A stretch of DNA of 64,000 nt from Candidatus Peribacteria bacterium (GCA_023038255.1 CP082927.1:446146-510145), one strand, 5' to 3'. Positions 53,449 through 63,175 are shown, counted from the first letter of the stretch. The notes: generated by a model from the sequence alone, not told the origin. A program made the numbers and translations.

Positions 53449-53886
53449 ATGCCAACTATCAATCAGCTCATCCGCAACCCGCGCAAGAATAAGCGCGTGA
53501 AAAGCAAGGCTCCCGCCCTGCAGTACACCTGGAACGCCCTCAAAATGCGTCCCTCGCCGCTGCCTAAAGGCGCTCCCTTCAAGCGTGGTGTCTGTCTGAA
53601 AGTCACAACCATGACCCCGAAGAAGCCGAACTCCGCTTTGCGTAAGATCGCCCGCGTTCGCCTGACAAACGGTCACGAAGTGAAGGCCTATATCATGGGA
53701 GAAGGCCACAACCTCCAGGAACACTCCGTTGTGCTCGTCCGCGGTGGCCGCGTGAAAGATCTTCCGGGAGTCCGTTACCACATCATCCGTGGTGTGCTCG
53801 ACACCGAAGGAGTCAGAAACCGCAAGCAGGGACGTTCCCGCTACGGTGCACGCCGTCCGAAGCCAGGAGCACCAGCCGCCAAGTAA
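53449..53886 (+). CDS. rpsL: 30S ribosomal protein S12
   Basis: MPTINQLIR...[11 protein letters not shown]...VRYHIIRG. 145 aa. Confidence 0.98.
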   Translation: MPTINQLIRNPRKNKRVKSKAPALQYTWNALKMRPSPLPKGAPFKRGVCLKVTTMTPKKPNSALRKIARVRLTNGHEVKAYIMGEGHNLQEHSVVLVRGGRVKDLPGVRYHIIRGVLDTEGVRNRKQGRSRYGARRPKPGAPAAK

Positions 53887-53922
53887 TCCCCATAACCCAT
53901 AACTCATCACCCGTAACCCATC
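53887..53922 (+). repeat. heptad array filling the rpsL-rpsG spacer (CATAACC-CATAACT-CATCACC-CGTAACC-CATC)
   Basis: The whole 36-nt intercistronic spacer is 4.5 degenerate 7-nt units that end at the rpsG ATG. Confidence 0.8.
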
Positions 53923-54375
53923 ATGGCCAAGCCCGTTAAGCCCTACATCGTCCAAGGTTCCAACCCTTCCATTGAGAAGTTTATCAACTGCATCATGAAG
54001 CGTGGAAAAAAGTCGACCGCTCGTCACATCTTTGCAGACGCGCTGGCTGTCATCAAAACCCGCACAAAGGAAGATCCGATGGAGGTATTTTCGAAGGCCA
54101 TTCTGAACGCAACACCGCTCATTGAAGTCCGTCCGAAGCGCGTAGCCGGTTCTGTGTACCAGGTTCCTGTGGAAGTCACCCCGAAGCGTCAGGTCGCCCT
54201 CTCCACCCGCTGGTTGCTCACAGCTGCCCGCGAGCGCAAAGGAATGCCGATGGCACAGAAGCTCGCTATGGAACTCCTCGATGCATCTGCAGAGCAGGGA
54301 GGCGCCATCAAGAAGAAGCTGGACGTCATGAAAATGGCCCAGGCGAACAAGGCCTTCGCACACCTCGCGAAATAA
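53923..54375 (+). CDS. rpsG: 30S ribosomal protein S7
   Basis: 150 aa. KFINCIMKRGKKSTA...EVRPKRVAGSVYQVPVEV...ANKAFAH. Confidence 0.96.
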   Translation: MAKPVKPYIVQGSNPSIEKFINCIMKRGKKSTARHIFADALAVIKTRTKEDPMEVFSKAILNATPLIEVRPKRVAGSVYQVPVEVTPKRQVALSTRWLLTAARERKGMPMAQKLAMELLDASAEQGGAIKKKLDVMKMAQANKAFAHLAK

Positions 54376-54400
54376 TCGCCATCCACAACGAATTCCAAAA

Positions 54401-54422
54401 GAGGGCCACGAGGCTCTCTTTT
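54401..54422 (+). terminator. intrinsic terminator after rpsG
   Basis: GAGGGCC-acga-GGCTCTC (7 bp with one G-U pair) followed by TTTT. This implies fusA is not read through from rpsG. Confidence 0.6.
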
Positions 54423-54424
54423 CA

Positions 54425-54452
54425 TTAGGATTTAGTATTTCGAATTTTGCTA
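54425..54452 (+). repeat. heptad array TTAGGAT-TTAGTAT-TTCGAAT-TTTGCTA
   Basis: It lies immediately after the rpsG terminator. It carries the 19-nt exact match to 256-274. Confidence 0.8.
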
Positions 54453-54547
54453 CTACAAAATGTCCCCCAGTCTTATCAATAATAAGATGGGGGAGTGAGG
54501 GTTGTTGGAAAATGGATCAAATCAATACGATTGTGCTTTGAATACTC

Positions 54548-54835
54548 CTACGCGGCGGCTGGTGCGAACAGGGCAAGGGCCTCGATAGTTCCTTCAATAT
54601 TTGTGAGCAGCACTTTCTTGAATTCTCTCGTCAGTGGGGCAATTTGCTTTATTGCATCCTCCAAAGTGATTCCCGTTGTGAATCCAAAGAGGCGTGCGTC
54701 ATCCTCTGGGATTCCAAGCGTAAACGGCTGCCCCTCTTTCACTGCTCCTTTCACAAGGTGACCTCGGACAGTCTTTGCAGCGGCAAAATACCGCCTCAAA
54801 GCATCAGCACATTTTTCATTGATGTCGCCGACCAA
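54548..54835 (-). CDS. hypothetical protein (95 aa) inserted between rpsG and fusA
   Basis: Only a plausible ORF. No family recognised. Confidence 0.4.
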   Translation of the reverse strand: MVGDINEKCADALRRYFAAAKTVRGHLVKGAVKEGQPFTLGIPEDDARLFGFTTGITLEDAIKQIAPLTREFKKVLLTNIEGTIEALALFAPAAA

Positions 54836-55071
54836 GATTTGACCCCTTCATTTCCAAAACCACTCGAATTCCTGCTTCCGCAGTTCATCGAAAATATTGC
54901 TTCTTCACCCATAGAAGAAGCAGGAGGCGAGTGGCGACTATGTGAAAGGTCGGCTGATGTAGAAGTATAGAAACTTCCCTCTGAATCTCAAGAGAAGCTA
55001 ATTTTATCTGCATTTTGTAAAAAATACTTCACAATTCGGCTCCTCCTAGCCAAAAAAGTGTCTCTTGACCA

Positions 55072-55099
55072 TTGACAGGAAATGTAAAATAAGTATAAT
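55072..55099 (+). promoter_or_regulatory. consensus sigma-70-type promoter of the 126-aa ORF
   Basis: TTGACA-N16-TATAAT, 36 nt before ATG 55136. Confidence 0.6.
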
Positions 55100-55135
55100 G
55101 GTTCCACACTTATTTTACACATAAATACACAAATA

Positions 55136-55516
55136 ATGCCTACCACCCCTCTCACTGCCGTTTCTGGCCACATTCCTCATTTTGATACGGATCTGCTCAG
55201 TCAGATCATAGAAGTGGAAGTCGACAATGCCATCAGACAGCTGCAGACGGCCGGACGCTTTATTGATAACAGCATCGCCCGCAATTGGCAGCATTCGCTC
55301 AGAGATATGCTCACACATATGATGCTTGAGGAGCACGGAAATCACTGCATGCTGCCAGAGGACATTGAAAAAGCATTGAGGAATCTGCTGCAGGTGCTGA
55401 TAGATACGGACGTGGATCTCATCAAAAAAAAGCCGGTATGCCGTGAACAGGTGACTAGCTGGAGGCGTTTCCAGATGTCTGTCCTCCGCTTCTTCCGGAA
55501 AAAGCTGCCTTCCTAG
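55136..55516 (+). CDS. hypothetical protein (126 aa) inserted between rpsG and fusA
   Basis: ORF preceded by a consensus TTGACA-N16-TATAAT promoter (55072-55099). No family recognised. Confidence 0.5.
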   Translation: MPTTPLTAVSGHIPHFDTDLLSQIIEVEVDNAIRQLQTAGRFIDNSIARNWQHSLRDMLTHMMLEEHGNHCMLPEDIEKALRNLLQVLIDTDVDLIKKKPVCREQVTSWRRFQMSVLRFFRKKLPS

Positions 55517-55538
55517 GGCAAACGAGGCGGTAAAACGA

Positions 55539-55567
55539 TTGCATCAGCGCAGGCACTTCTGTAGAGT
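55539..55567 (+). promoter_or_regulatory. candidate fusA promoter
   Basis: TTGCAT-N17-TAGAGT. The predicted TSS falls at the start of the heptad-repeat leader. Confidence 0.4.
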
Positions 55568-55571
55568 ACCC

Positions 55572-55616
55572 CAGCTTTTATGAGCTTTTAGCTTATAGAT
55601 GTTAGCTTTTAGGAAT
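55572..55616 (+). repeat. 35-nt heptad element, copy 4, in the fusA leader (GAGCTTT-TAGCTTA-TAGATGT-TAGCTTT-TAGGAAT)
   Basis: Five in-phase (G/T)AG-N4 units, plus one out-of-phase CAGCTTT. Confidence 0.85.
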
Positions 55617-55624
55617 TACTCTCA

Positions 55625-55659
55625 TTCCTAATTCCTAACTCCTAATTCCTCACTCCCAA
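55625..55659 (+). repeat. heptad array TTCCTAA-TTCCTAA-CTCCTAA-TTCCTCA-CTCCCAA directly upstream of the fusA ATG
   Basis: Five 7-nt units. The reverse complement of the unit is TTAGGAA. TTAGGAAT (55609-55616) and ATTCCTAA (55624-55631) can form an 8-bp hairpin. Confidence 0.85.
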
Positions 55660-55663
55660 TCCC

Positions 55664-57778
55664 ATGGACCTCAAGCACGTTCGTAACATCGGTATTATCG
55701 CGCACATCGACGCAGGAAAGACAACGACGTCCGAGCGCATTCTCTTCTACACGGGCCGCAACTATAAAATCGGCGAAGTGCACGAAGGTGAGGCAACCAT
55801 GGACTGGATGGAACAGGAGCGTGAGCGTGGAATTACCATTACCGCTGCGGCAACGCAGTGTCACTGGAAGGCGCAGGCTCCGGGAGAGGGGGAAGTCGAC
55901 ATTACCATCAACCTGATTGATACCCCGGGTCACGTGGACTTCACCGCTGAGGTGGAACGTTCCCTGCGCGTGCTCGACGGAGGAGTGGTGGTGTTTGATG
56001 GTTCCCAGGGTGTGGAACCGCAGTCCGAGACCGTGTGGCGCCAGGCGGATAAGTATCATGTCCCGCGTATTGCATTCGTGAACAAAATGGATAAGACAGG
56101 AGGAGACTTCTACATGTCCCTCGCGTCCATCCACGATCGTCTGAGCAAGACTGCCGTTGCAGTCCAGCTCCCGATTGGAGCGGAGAGCGATTTCTCCGGT
56201 ATCGTCGACCTCGTGCAGAAGAAAGCATTCAAATTCGAAGGAGAGCACGGACAGAACATTATCGAGATTCCTATTCCGGAAGACATGCACGAGCAGGTGA
56301 TTGAGTACCGCACCCTTCTGATGGAAAAGGTGGCAGAGAACAATGACGATATGATCGACCACTTCCTGGAGAACGGAGCTCTCACGGACGAACAGCTCTT
56401 CCGCGGTATCCGCCAGGCAACTGTCGTCGGAAAGATTTACCCGGTCTTCTGCGGCAGCAGCCTCCAGAACGTCGGTGTGCAGTTCGTGCTCAACGGTGTG
56501 GTTGCATACCTCCCGTCTCCGCTCGATGTGCCGTCCATCCGTGGAACAAACCCGGATACGGAAGAGCCGATGGAGCGCAAGCCCTCTGATGATGAACCGT
56601 TCTCCGCACTCGCATTCAAAATCGCCACAGACCCGTTCGTCGGTCGTCTGACGTTCGTCCGCGTCTACTCCGGTGTCATGAAGACAGGAACAGCCGTGTA
56701 TAACCCGCGCTCAAACGCCAAGGAACGTATCGGCCGCCTCGTCCGCCTGCACGCAAACTCCCGCGAAGAAATCCAGGAAATCCGCGCCGGTGATATCGGT
56801 GCCGTGATCGGACTGAAGGAGACACGCACAGGAGACACACTCTGTGACGAAGCAAAGCCAATCCAGCTGGAATCCATCACCTTCGCCGAGCCGGTTATCT
56901 CCATCGCTATTGAACCGAAGACCAAGCAGGATCAGGAAAAAATGGGTATCGCGCTGCAGAAGCTTGCAGAAGAGGATCCGACATTCCGCGTCCGCACCGA
57001 CGACGAAACGAACCAGACAATCATCGCGGGAATGGGAGAACTCCACCTCGATATCCTTGTCGACCGTATGCGTCGCGAATTCAAGGTGGAAACCAACGTC
57101 GGTACACCGCAGGTTGCGTACCGCGAAACCATCACGAAGGAAGTGGAGGGCGAGAGCAAGTACATCAAGCAGACCGGTGGTCGCGGTCAGTACGGACACG
57201 TTGTCTTCAAACTGATTCCGCAGGAACCGGGCAAGGGCTACGAGTTCGTAAACTCTGTGGTCGGAGGCCGCATCCCGCGCGAATTCATTGCTCCGTGTGA
57301 CAAGGGATTCCAGGAAGGTATGACCCGCGGTATCCAGGCTGGTTACCCGGTTGTGGACGTGAAGGTTGAACTACTCGACGGTTCCTACCACGACGTGGAC
57401 TCCTCCGAAATGGCGTACAAATTTGCAGCCTCCATCGGATTCCAGGAACAGGCCAAGAAAGCAGATCCGGTCATTCTCGAACCGATCATGAAGGTGGAAG
57501 TCACCTGCAGCGAAAACTACCTCGGAGACGTGATGGGCGACCTGAACTCCCGCCGCGGTATGATCCTCAGCCAGTCCGATCGCGGAATGGCCAAGGTGAT
57601 TGCTGCCGAAGTGCCGCTCTCCGAAATGTTCGGATATGCCACAGAACTCCGCTCCATGACCCAGGGCCGCGCGAGCTACGCGATGGAACCGAGCCACTAC
57701 TTCAAGGTGCCGAAGAACAAAGCAGACGAAATTGCTGCTTCCCGCTCCGGAGTGGCAGTATCACGCTCAAACGGTTAA
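55664..57778 (+). CDS. fusA: elongation factor G
   Basis: 704 aa. [28 protein letters not shown], and full collinearity with EF-G. Confidence 0.98.
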   Translation: MDLKHVRNIGIIAHIDAGKTTTSERILFYTGRNYKIGEVHEGEATMDWMEQERERGITITAAATQCHWKAQAPGEGEVDITINLIDTPGHVDFTAEVERSLRVLDGGVVVFDGSQGVEPQSETVWRQADKYHVPRIAFVNKMDKTGGDFYMSLASIHDRLSKTAVAVQLPIGAESDFSGIVDLVQKKAFKFEGEHGQNIIEIPIPEDMHEQVIEYRTLLMEKVAENNDDMIDHFLENGALTDEQLFRGIRQATVVGKIYPVFCGSSLQNVGVQFVLNGVVAYLPSPLDVPSIRGTNPDTEEPMERKPSDDEPFSALAFKIATDPFVGRLTFVRVYSGVMKTGTAVYNPRSNAKERIGRLVRLHANSREEIQEIRAGDIGAVIGLKETRTGDTLCDEAKPIQLESITFAEPVISIAIEPKTKQDQEKMGIALQKLAEEDPTFRVRTDDETNQTIIAGMGELHLDILVDRMRREFKVETNVGTPQVAYRETITKEVEGESKYIKQTGGRGQYGHVVFKLIPQEPGKGYEFVNSVVGGRIPREFIAPCDKGFQEGMTRGIQAGYPVVDVKVELLDGSYHDVDSSEMAYKFAASIGFQEQAKKADPVILEPIMKVEVTCSENYLGDVMGDLNSRRGMILSQSDRGMAKVIAAEVPLSEMFGYATELRSMTQGRASYAMEPSHYFKVPKNKADEIAASRSGVAVSRSNG

Positions 57779-57802
57779 TACGGTCGAATGTGAACGAAGA
57801 AG

Positions 57803-57826
57803 AGCGCCCGTAACAGGGCGCTTTTT
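57803..57826 (+). terminator. intrinsic terminator after fusA
   Basis: AGCGCCC-gtaaca-GGGCGCT followed by TTTTT, 25 nt after the stop codon. Confidence 0.8.
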
Positions 57827-58098
57827 ATTGACAGATATAAAAAATGTTTCTCATTTTCCCTCTTCTGTCTGGGGAAGTTGTACGTAAATGCTCAAATAGA
57901 GAGATGTTTTTTCTGTACAGGAAAGCCCTTTTACTCATTTTTCTCCGGCAAATATCATTGTACCCTCCCTTCATATTTTGCATAGAAAACTATACAGACA
58001 CTGCTTCAAAACAATAAATAGTGCGGTTTTATTTGCTTTTAGGGTTTTATTTGCGTAGCATGCCGAATTGTATTGCTATCCTTCCCACCTTTCTCCTT

Positions 58099-61000
58099 AT
58101 GGAAAGATTTATCAAGCACGCCAAGCGGAGCATCTCAACATTCTCGCTGGCGGCTCTTTCGCTAAATATTTTACTCGGATCTGCGGTAGCAGCTTTGCCG
58201 GTTTTTTCGCCACAGGCAAATGCCGTAGGCACAACCCTGCTGGCCACTGCAGTCGGAAATTACGATCAATGGAGTGCGAGTGCGGGAAGCAAGGTTGCTG
58301 CTGTGGGCACGAATGATGCTGTTTTTATCAGTGAGGCGACAAATACAGAGAGGCAGAGCTTCACATTTGCATCTGCAGGCATTCCCACTGGCGCCCTTGT
58401 TAGCTCCGTCGTCTTGAATGTTCTTGCAAAGGAAACAGGAGGAAGCAGTGCGTCTATGAAATTATTTGCAGAAGACGGGCTTACAGCCGGAGATCGCGAT
58501 GTCGGAAGTACGAACAATCTGACAAGCAGCTATGTAAACTACACGAAAACCTGGAATGAAAATCCCTTTACGAACAATGACTGGACTGCAGCGGAGGTGA
58601 ATACATGGACAGTGAACTTTGGTGTCGAAAAAAGTTCGGCCAATGCGGATGTTGCCAATGTGACCTACATGGAACTGGTCGTGAATTACACAGTTCCAAC
58701 CTGTAATGCACTGAGTGCTACCATTTCGGGTTCGGGAATTATCAACGGTACTGCCGGTGATGATGTGATTGTTGGTTCCAGCGGTGTGGATACCATCACA
58801 GGAAACGGGGGAAATGACACGATCTGTGCGCTGGGGGGGAACGATTCTGTCACAACAGGAAACGGTAATGACTGGATTGATACAGGTGACGGCACAAACA
58901 CTGTTGTTGCCAACGGAGGGAATAACACAGTATTTGGCGGAAGCGGTAACGATAACATTACAACTGGAAACGGTAATGACACTATTGATGCGGGAGATGG
59001 AAGCAATGTAATTGTGGCAGGTGCGGGTGTGAATATGATCGACTCAGGAAACGGTAACGATACCATCACTACTGGAAATGATAACGACACCATTGTTGCC
59101 GGAGACGGAAGCAATGTGATTAATGCGGGCTCTGGCACAAACTCTGTCACAACCGGCAACGGTAATGACAGCATTACGACTGGAAACAACGATGACACAA
59201 TCGTCGCAGGTGCCGGTAGTAATACAATCGTCGCAGGTGCCGGTGTGAACTCTGTTACAACCGGTAATGGCAATGACGATATTACGACTGGAAACAATGA
59301 CGACACTATCATTGCAGGAGATGGAAGTAATGTGATTGACGCGGGATCGGGTGAAAATACCGTGACCACTGGAAACGGAAACGACGATGTCACCACTGGA
59401 AACGGAAACGATACTATCGTTCTTGGGAATGGGACGAACGGCACAGCTGGTGATCGTATTCAATCAGGTGCAGGAAATGACTCGATCACAGGTGGGTCCG
59501 GTAATGATCACTTCGATGGCGGAGATGGTATGGACTATTGTGATCCTGTCGGAACAGGGGGAAATAATACAACAATCAACTGTGAAGCCGTGGGCGATCA
59601 GGCACTCGTCACTATTGTCAAAGATGCACAGCCGGATACTGCGGATGACTTCCTCTTTACAGGCGATATCGGTGCATTTGCACTCGATGACGACGCCGAC
59701 GGAACACTCCCGAACAGCACAACTGTCACGATGGCTGCCACAGTGGGCGGCACGGTCCGCTCAATCACGGAATCTGTGGCTACAGGTTGGCAACTCCAGA
59801 GCATTACCTGTACTCCGGATGCCGGAACATCAGGAAATGTCGGTTCTCAGACAGCAACAGTTCTTTTGAATAAAGGAGATCATATCACTTGTACATTCGT
59901 GAACACTCCTGCTCCTGTTACGACAGTCAGAGTGACAATCGCTAAATATATGAACGGCGTTCATGCAACCGCTGGTAACACAGACAATGCATCGTTCAAT
60001 ATGACCGCTGTGTACAACGCATCCAACATCGGATCGGGTTCCGATCCTTATGTCATCAGTGCAACCGGAAACGGTACGCCTGAGGCATACGAAGCACAGA
60101 CGATTGCACTCGCATCCGGTGCGGACTACAGCACTTACGAAACCATCAGTGCGCCATGTACCGATGCAACACCGTTTGAATTGGTTGGATATTCCACAGG
60201 AGATTCTTTGGCAGCTGCCGAGGCAGCGCCTGTCAGCATGACAGTGCCCGCTTTCACGGGGCTGACATCTGATAAGTTTGTGATTGTCTGGAATGAAACC
60301 TGTCCTCCGGTCCCGACGCATCTGACACCGGCAGACGGCAGCACGCTGACAACCGCACAGCTCGACAAGATCGACTGGAGCGATGTGGCAACGCCTGCAT
60401 TGCCGATGACGTATTTCTACGAAGTGGCAACGACAGATACGAGCACCAATCCTGATGGGTCCTTCGTGAACCCGGTGTATGAATCTGCAGCACTGTCCGA
60501 CTCCGAAATTGTGACAGCAGGTACAGGAGATGGAACCTACCACTGGCATGTCCGCGCCGTTGACGCTGCAGGAAACAGCAGTGCATGGTCGGCACCTTGG
60601 ACGGTGACAGTCAGCAACGCCGCAGTGGATACCACGCCGCCGGTCGTCGAGATTCTCGGGTACCGCAATCAGACAAGTGGAACCTATGATAGCGGTCCTG
60701 CTATCCAGGCCTGTGGCACCACTACCGCCTCTTCCTTCATCGCCTTTGAGTGGCAGGAGGTTGGCACCGATGTGTCTCAGCCGTTGAGCTACGAATACAA
60801 GATTCTCAGCGGTCCAGCCGGTGTTGGATACACACAGGTACACTCTGGCACACACCACAACGGCGGTATTCCTGCAGAAGGAACGTATACCATCCAGATC
60901 ACCCCGACCGATGCAGCATCGAATGTCGGAACACCTGTTACCTGCACCATGACCTATGATGCAGACTATGTGGCCCCTGTTGCCTGTAATGTGTCTGATA

Positions 61001-63150
61001 TTGATCTGATTGCACACTGGAAGCTCGACGAAGCTGCCAGTGCAACCGTCGCAGAAGATGCAACTGCCAATAACAATGATGGTGCAGTGATGAGTGCGAC
61101 GTCCGCTGCAACTCCTGCAACAACACCGGTGTTTATCAATACAGGGTCCTACGACTTCGATGGTGTGAACGACAGTATCGATATGGGAAGCAACGTCGGC
61201 AACTTCACCGTGGCTGACTCCTTCTCCATTTCCGCCTGGATTAACCCCGCTCTCGACTTCCAGAATCATGCCATTTACGGAAATACCTGGAGCAGCCCGG
61301 GATACCTGCTGCGCGTGACGGATCAGAATAAGATCCGATTTATTCTTGCGGAGAACGGCAGCGTCTACGAAGGCATGGATTCCGGTGTGCTCACTCCGGG
61401 ATGGCACCATGTGACCGGTGTCTGGGACGGTGCGAACGTGAAAGTGTACGTTGATGGAGTGGATGCATCCATGACCTCCATTGCAAACGGGACAGTCTCA
61501 ACCATCACCACATCCGCACATACGTTTATCGGACAGACCGGACAGATCGGTTCTGCACACTACTTTGACGGTATGATCGACGACGTCCGCGTCTACGGTG
61601 ATGTCCTGAGCGAGAGTGAAATCGCAGCTCTTGCTGCCGGACAGTGCCAGGGCGGAACACCGACACCAGCTTCTTCCTCGTCATCTTCCTCCGTGGCAGC
61701 TTCCTCTGAAGCTGCATCATCTGAAGGGCAGGGCAGCAGTGCACAGTCCAGCACTCCTGAAATCGTCGCTTGTACCACAACCGCTTTGGCAGGGTACTGG
61801 CCGATGAACGAAGGCGAAGGCACAACAGCATTTGATATGACCGGTCTCGGCCACGACGGAACGCTCCAGGGCGGAACCGCCTGGGCATCCGGTGCAAACG
61901 CTATCACGCCAAATCCGTTCGGTCTCGACTTCGATGGCTCTGATGACATTGTGAACATTACGAGCAGCAACGACTTCAACTACGGAACACAGGAATTCAC
62001 CGTCAGCACCTTTGTCCGCACCACAACGGGTAACCGTTCCATCCTCGGAAACTTCAGCGCCGGATTCAAGGGTTGGGGACTCTACGTCTACAACACGAAC
62101 CAGGTGAACTTCTTCGGATACGGTTCCATGGGTAACAACGATGCCGCAAAGCCGGCCATTGTTCTCGACGGTAACTGGCACAACCTGACAGGTGTGTACC
62201 GCCGTTCCGGAAACGATCTGACCATTGATACCTACGTCGATGGTGTCCTGGTTGGTTCCAACACCGCTGCTGTCGGAGATATCTCTGCAAACAGCACTCT
62301 CTACTTCGGACAGTATCTGCCACAGCCGTCATTGGATGGCGGACTGGATGACGTCCGTATTTACGGCCGCGCGTTGAGCGCCGGTGAGGTCGCGGCTATT
62401 GCCGGCGGATGCAGCAATCCTGTCATCGCATCCTCCAGCTCCAGCTCTTCAAGCTCTGCATCAGAAGGGGAAAGCAGCAGTGAGTCTGTTGAGTCATTCC
62501 AGTCATTCGGTCTCTCCACACCGGAGGTTGAACCGGGTAACGGTGCTTTCCGCGGTAGCAGAACAAACATCCTCGCGGGTGTGATCAACTTCATCAAGGG
62601 TAAGATCAATATCACTGCTCCGGGTAGCTTTGGTGGTGTCGCACCGGGTGGATTCGGAGGTGCATCGGATCTTCCGTATACAATCGAAGAGAAAAACCTG
62701 ATCTGTACCATGAAGCGTGCTATCCCGACAGATGCGAAACTCGCTATCTGGGAATGGGTCGCGTCCACTCTCTCCGAGCAGATCAATCATTCTGCAGACG
62801 ATATTCTGGAAAGCCTGAAGGATTCCACCTTCTGTGACTACCAGGCAACCGCCAAGACGAAGGTTGCAGCCGCTGCAAAGCCGCTGCCATTCCTCGTGAG
62901 CGCTGCAGGATTCCCGCTTTCCGACAACCCGACATGGAACGCGTGTGTCACGGGTAAGGTGACACTCCAGGACATCCGCAATAACCCCGACAAAGACAAG
63001 CACGGACGCGGCCTCAGTTGTGCCACGTACCACACGGGAAACATGTGGACACACCCGGATCTGAAGATCTTCTTCACTTGGAACAGCAAGACGAAGAAAA
63101 TCACGCTTCCGGAAGGATTCGCTATTGAGAAGCAGGAAGTCACGCTCTAA
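58099..63150 (+). CDS. giant secreted protein with an RTX-type nonapeptide beta-roll array, a prealbumin-like domain, two LamG/ConA-like lectin domains and poly-Ser linkers
   Basis: ATG 58099 gives MERFIKHAKRSISTFSLAALSLNILLGSAVAALPVFSPQANA (signal). The track start is GTG 58021. About 25 units of G-x-G-x-[DN]-x-[IV]-x-x are present. There are two LamG domains (LIAHWKLDE...FDGMIDDVRVYG and LAGYWPMNEG...LDGGLDDVRIYG). Confidence 0.85.
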   Translation: MERFIKHAKRSISTFSLAALSLNILLGSAVAALPVFSPQANAVGTTLLATAVGNYDQWSASAGSKVAAVGTNDAVFISEATNTERQSFTFASAGIPTGALVSSVVLNVLAKETGGSSASMKLFAEDGLTAGDRDVGSTNNLTSSYVNYTKTWNENPFTNNDWTAAEVNTWTVNFGVEKSSANADVANVTYMELVVNYTVPTCNALSATISGSGIINGTAGDDVIVGSSGVDTITGNGGNDTICALGGNDSVTTGNGNDWIDTGDGTNTVVANGGNNTVFGGSGNDNITTGNGNDTIDAGDGSNVIVAGAGVNMIDSGNGNDTITTGNDNDTIVAGDGSNVINAGSGTNSVTTGNGNDSITTGNNDDTIVAGAGSNTIVAGAGVNSVTTGNGNDDITTGNNDDTIIAGDGSNVIDAGSGENTVTTGNGNDDVTTGNGNDTIVLGNGTNGTAGDRIQSGAGNDSITGGSGNDHFDGGDGMDYCDPVGTGGNNTTINCEAVGDQALVTIVKDAQPDTADDFLFTGDIGAFALDDDADGTLPNSTTVTMAATVGGTVRSITESVATGWQLQSITCTPDAGTSGNVGSQTATVLLNKGDHITCTFVNTPAPVTTVRVTIAKYMNGVHATAGNTDNASFNMTAVYNASNIGSGSDPYVISATGNGTPEAYEAQTIALASGADYSTYETISAPCTDATPFELVGYSTGDSLAAAEAAPVSMTVPAFTGLTSDKFVIVWNETCPPVPTHLTPADGSTLTTAQLDKIDWSDVATPALPMTYFYEVATTDTSTNPDGSFVNPVYESAALSDSEIVTAGTGDGTYHWHVRAVDAAGNSSAWSAPWTVTVSNAAVDTTPPVVEILGYRNQTSGTYDSGPAIQACGTTTASSFIAFEWQEVGTDVSQPLSYEYKILSGPAGVGYTQVHSGTHHNGGIPAEGTYTIQITPTDAASNVGTPVTCTMTYDADYVAPVACNVSDIDLIAHWKLDEAASATVAEDATANNNDGAVMSATSAATPATTPVFINTGSYDFDGVNDSIDMGSNVGNFTVADSFSISAWINPALDFQNHAIYGNTWSSPGYLLRVTDQNKIRFILAENGSVYEGMDSGVLTPGWHHVTGVWDGANVKVYVDGVDASMTSIANGTVSTITTSAHTFIGQTGQIGSAHYFDGMIDDVRVYGDVLSESEIAALAAGQCQGGTPTPASSSSSSSVAASSEAASSEGQGSSAQSSTPEIVACTTTALAGYWPMNEGEGTTAFDMTGLGHDGTLQGGTAWASGANAITPNPFGLDFDGSDDIVNITSSNDFNYGTQEFTVSTFVRTTTGNRSILGNFSAGFKGWGLYVYNTNQVNFFGYGSMGNNDAAKPAIVLDGNWHNLTGVYRRSGNDLTIDTYVDGVLVGSNTAAVGDISANSTLYFGQYLPQPSLDGGLDDVRIYGRALSAGEVAAIAGGCSNPVIASSSSSSSSSASEGESSSESVESFQSFGLSTPEVEPGNGAFRGSRTNILAGVINFIKGKINITAPGSFGGVAPGGFGGASDLPYTIEEKNLICTMKRAIPTDAKLAIWEWVASTLSEQINHSADDILESLKDSTFCDYQATAKTKVAAAAKPLPFLVSAAGFPLSDNPTWNACVTGKVTLQDIRNNPDKDKHGRGLSCATYHTGNMWTHPDLKIFFTWNSKTKKITLPEGFAIEKQEVTL
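58747..59535 (+). repeat. 27-nt (nonapeptide) coding repeat array inside the giant gene
   Basis: About 25 consecutive G-x-G-x-[DN]-x-[IV]-x-x units (GNGNDTIDA GDGSNVIVA GAGVNMIDS ...). Confidence 0.85.
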
Positions 63151-63175
63151 CCCGCTTCACATATCTTCAAAAAAA

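Noticed and set aside
58747-59535. Highly regular short DNA repeats that could be mistaken for a CRISPR-like array
   Set aside because: The repeats are 27-nt, in frame and contiguous without unique spacers. They encode RTX nonapeptides inside a long ORF. The same applies to the 63-nt repeats at 30358-30600.
59830-61410. 526-aa Cys/Arg-rich ORF antisense to the giant RTX/LamG gene
   Set aside because: It is an antisense artefact. The sense strand has a signal peptide, RTX repeats and LamG domains.
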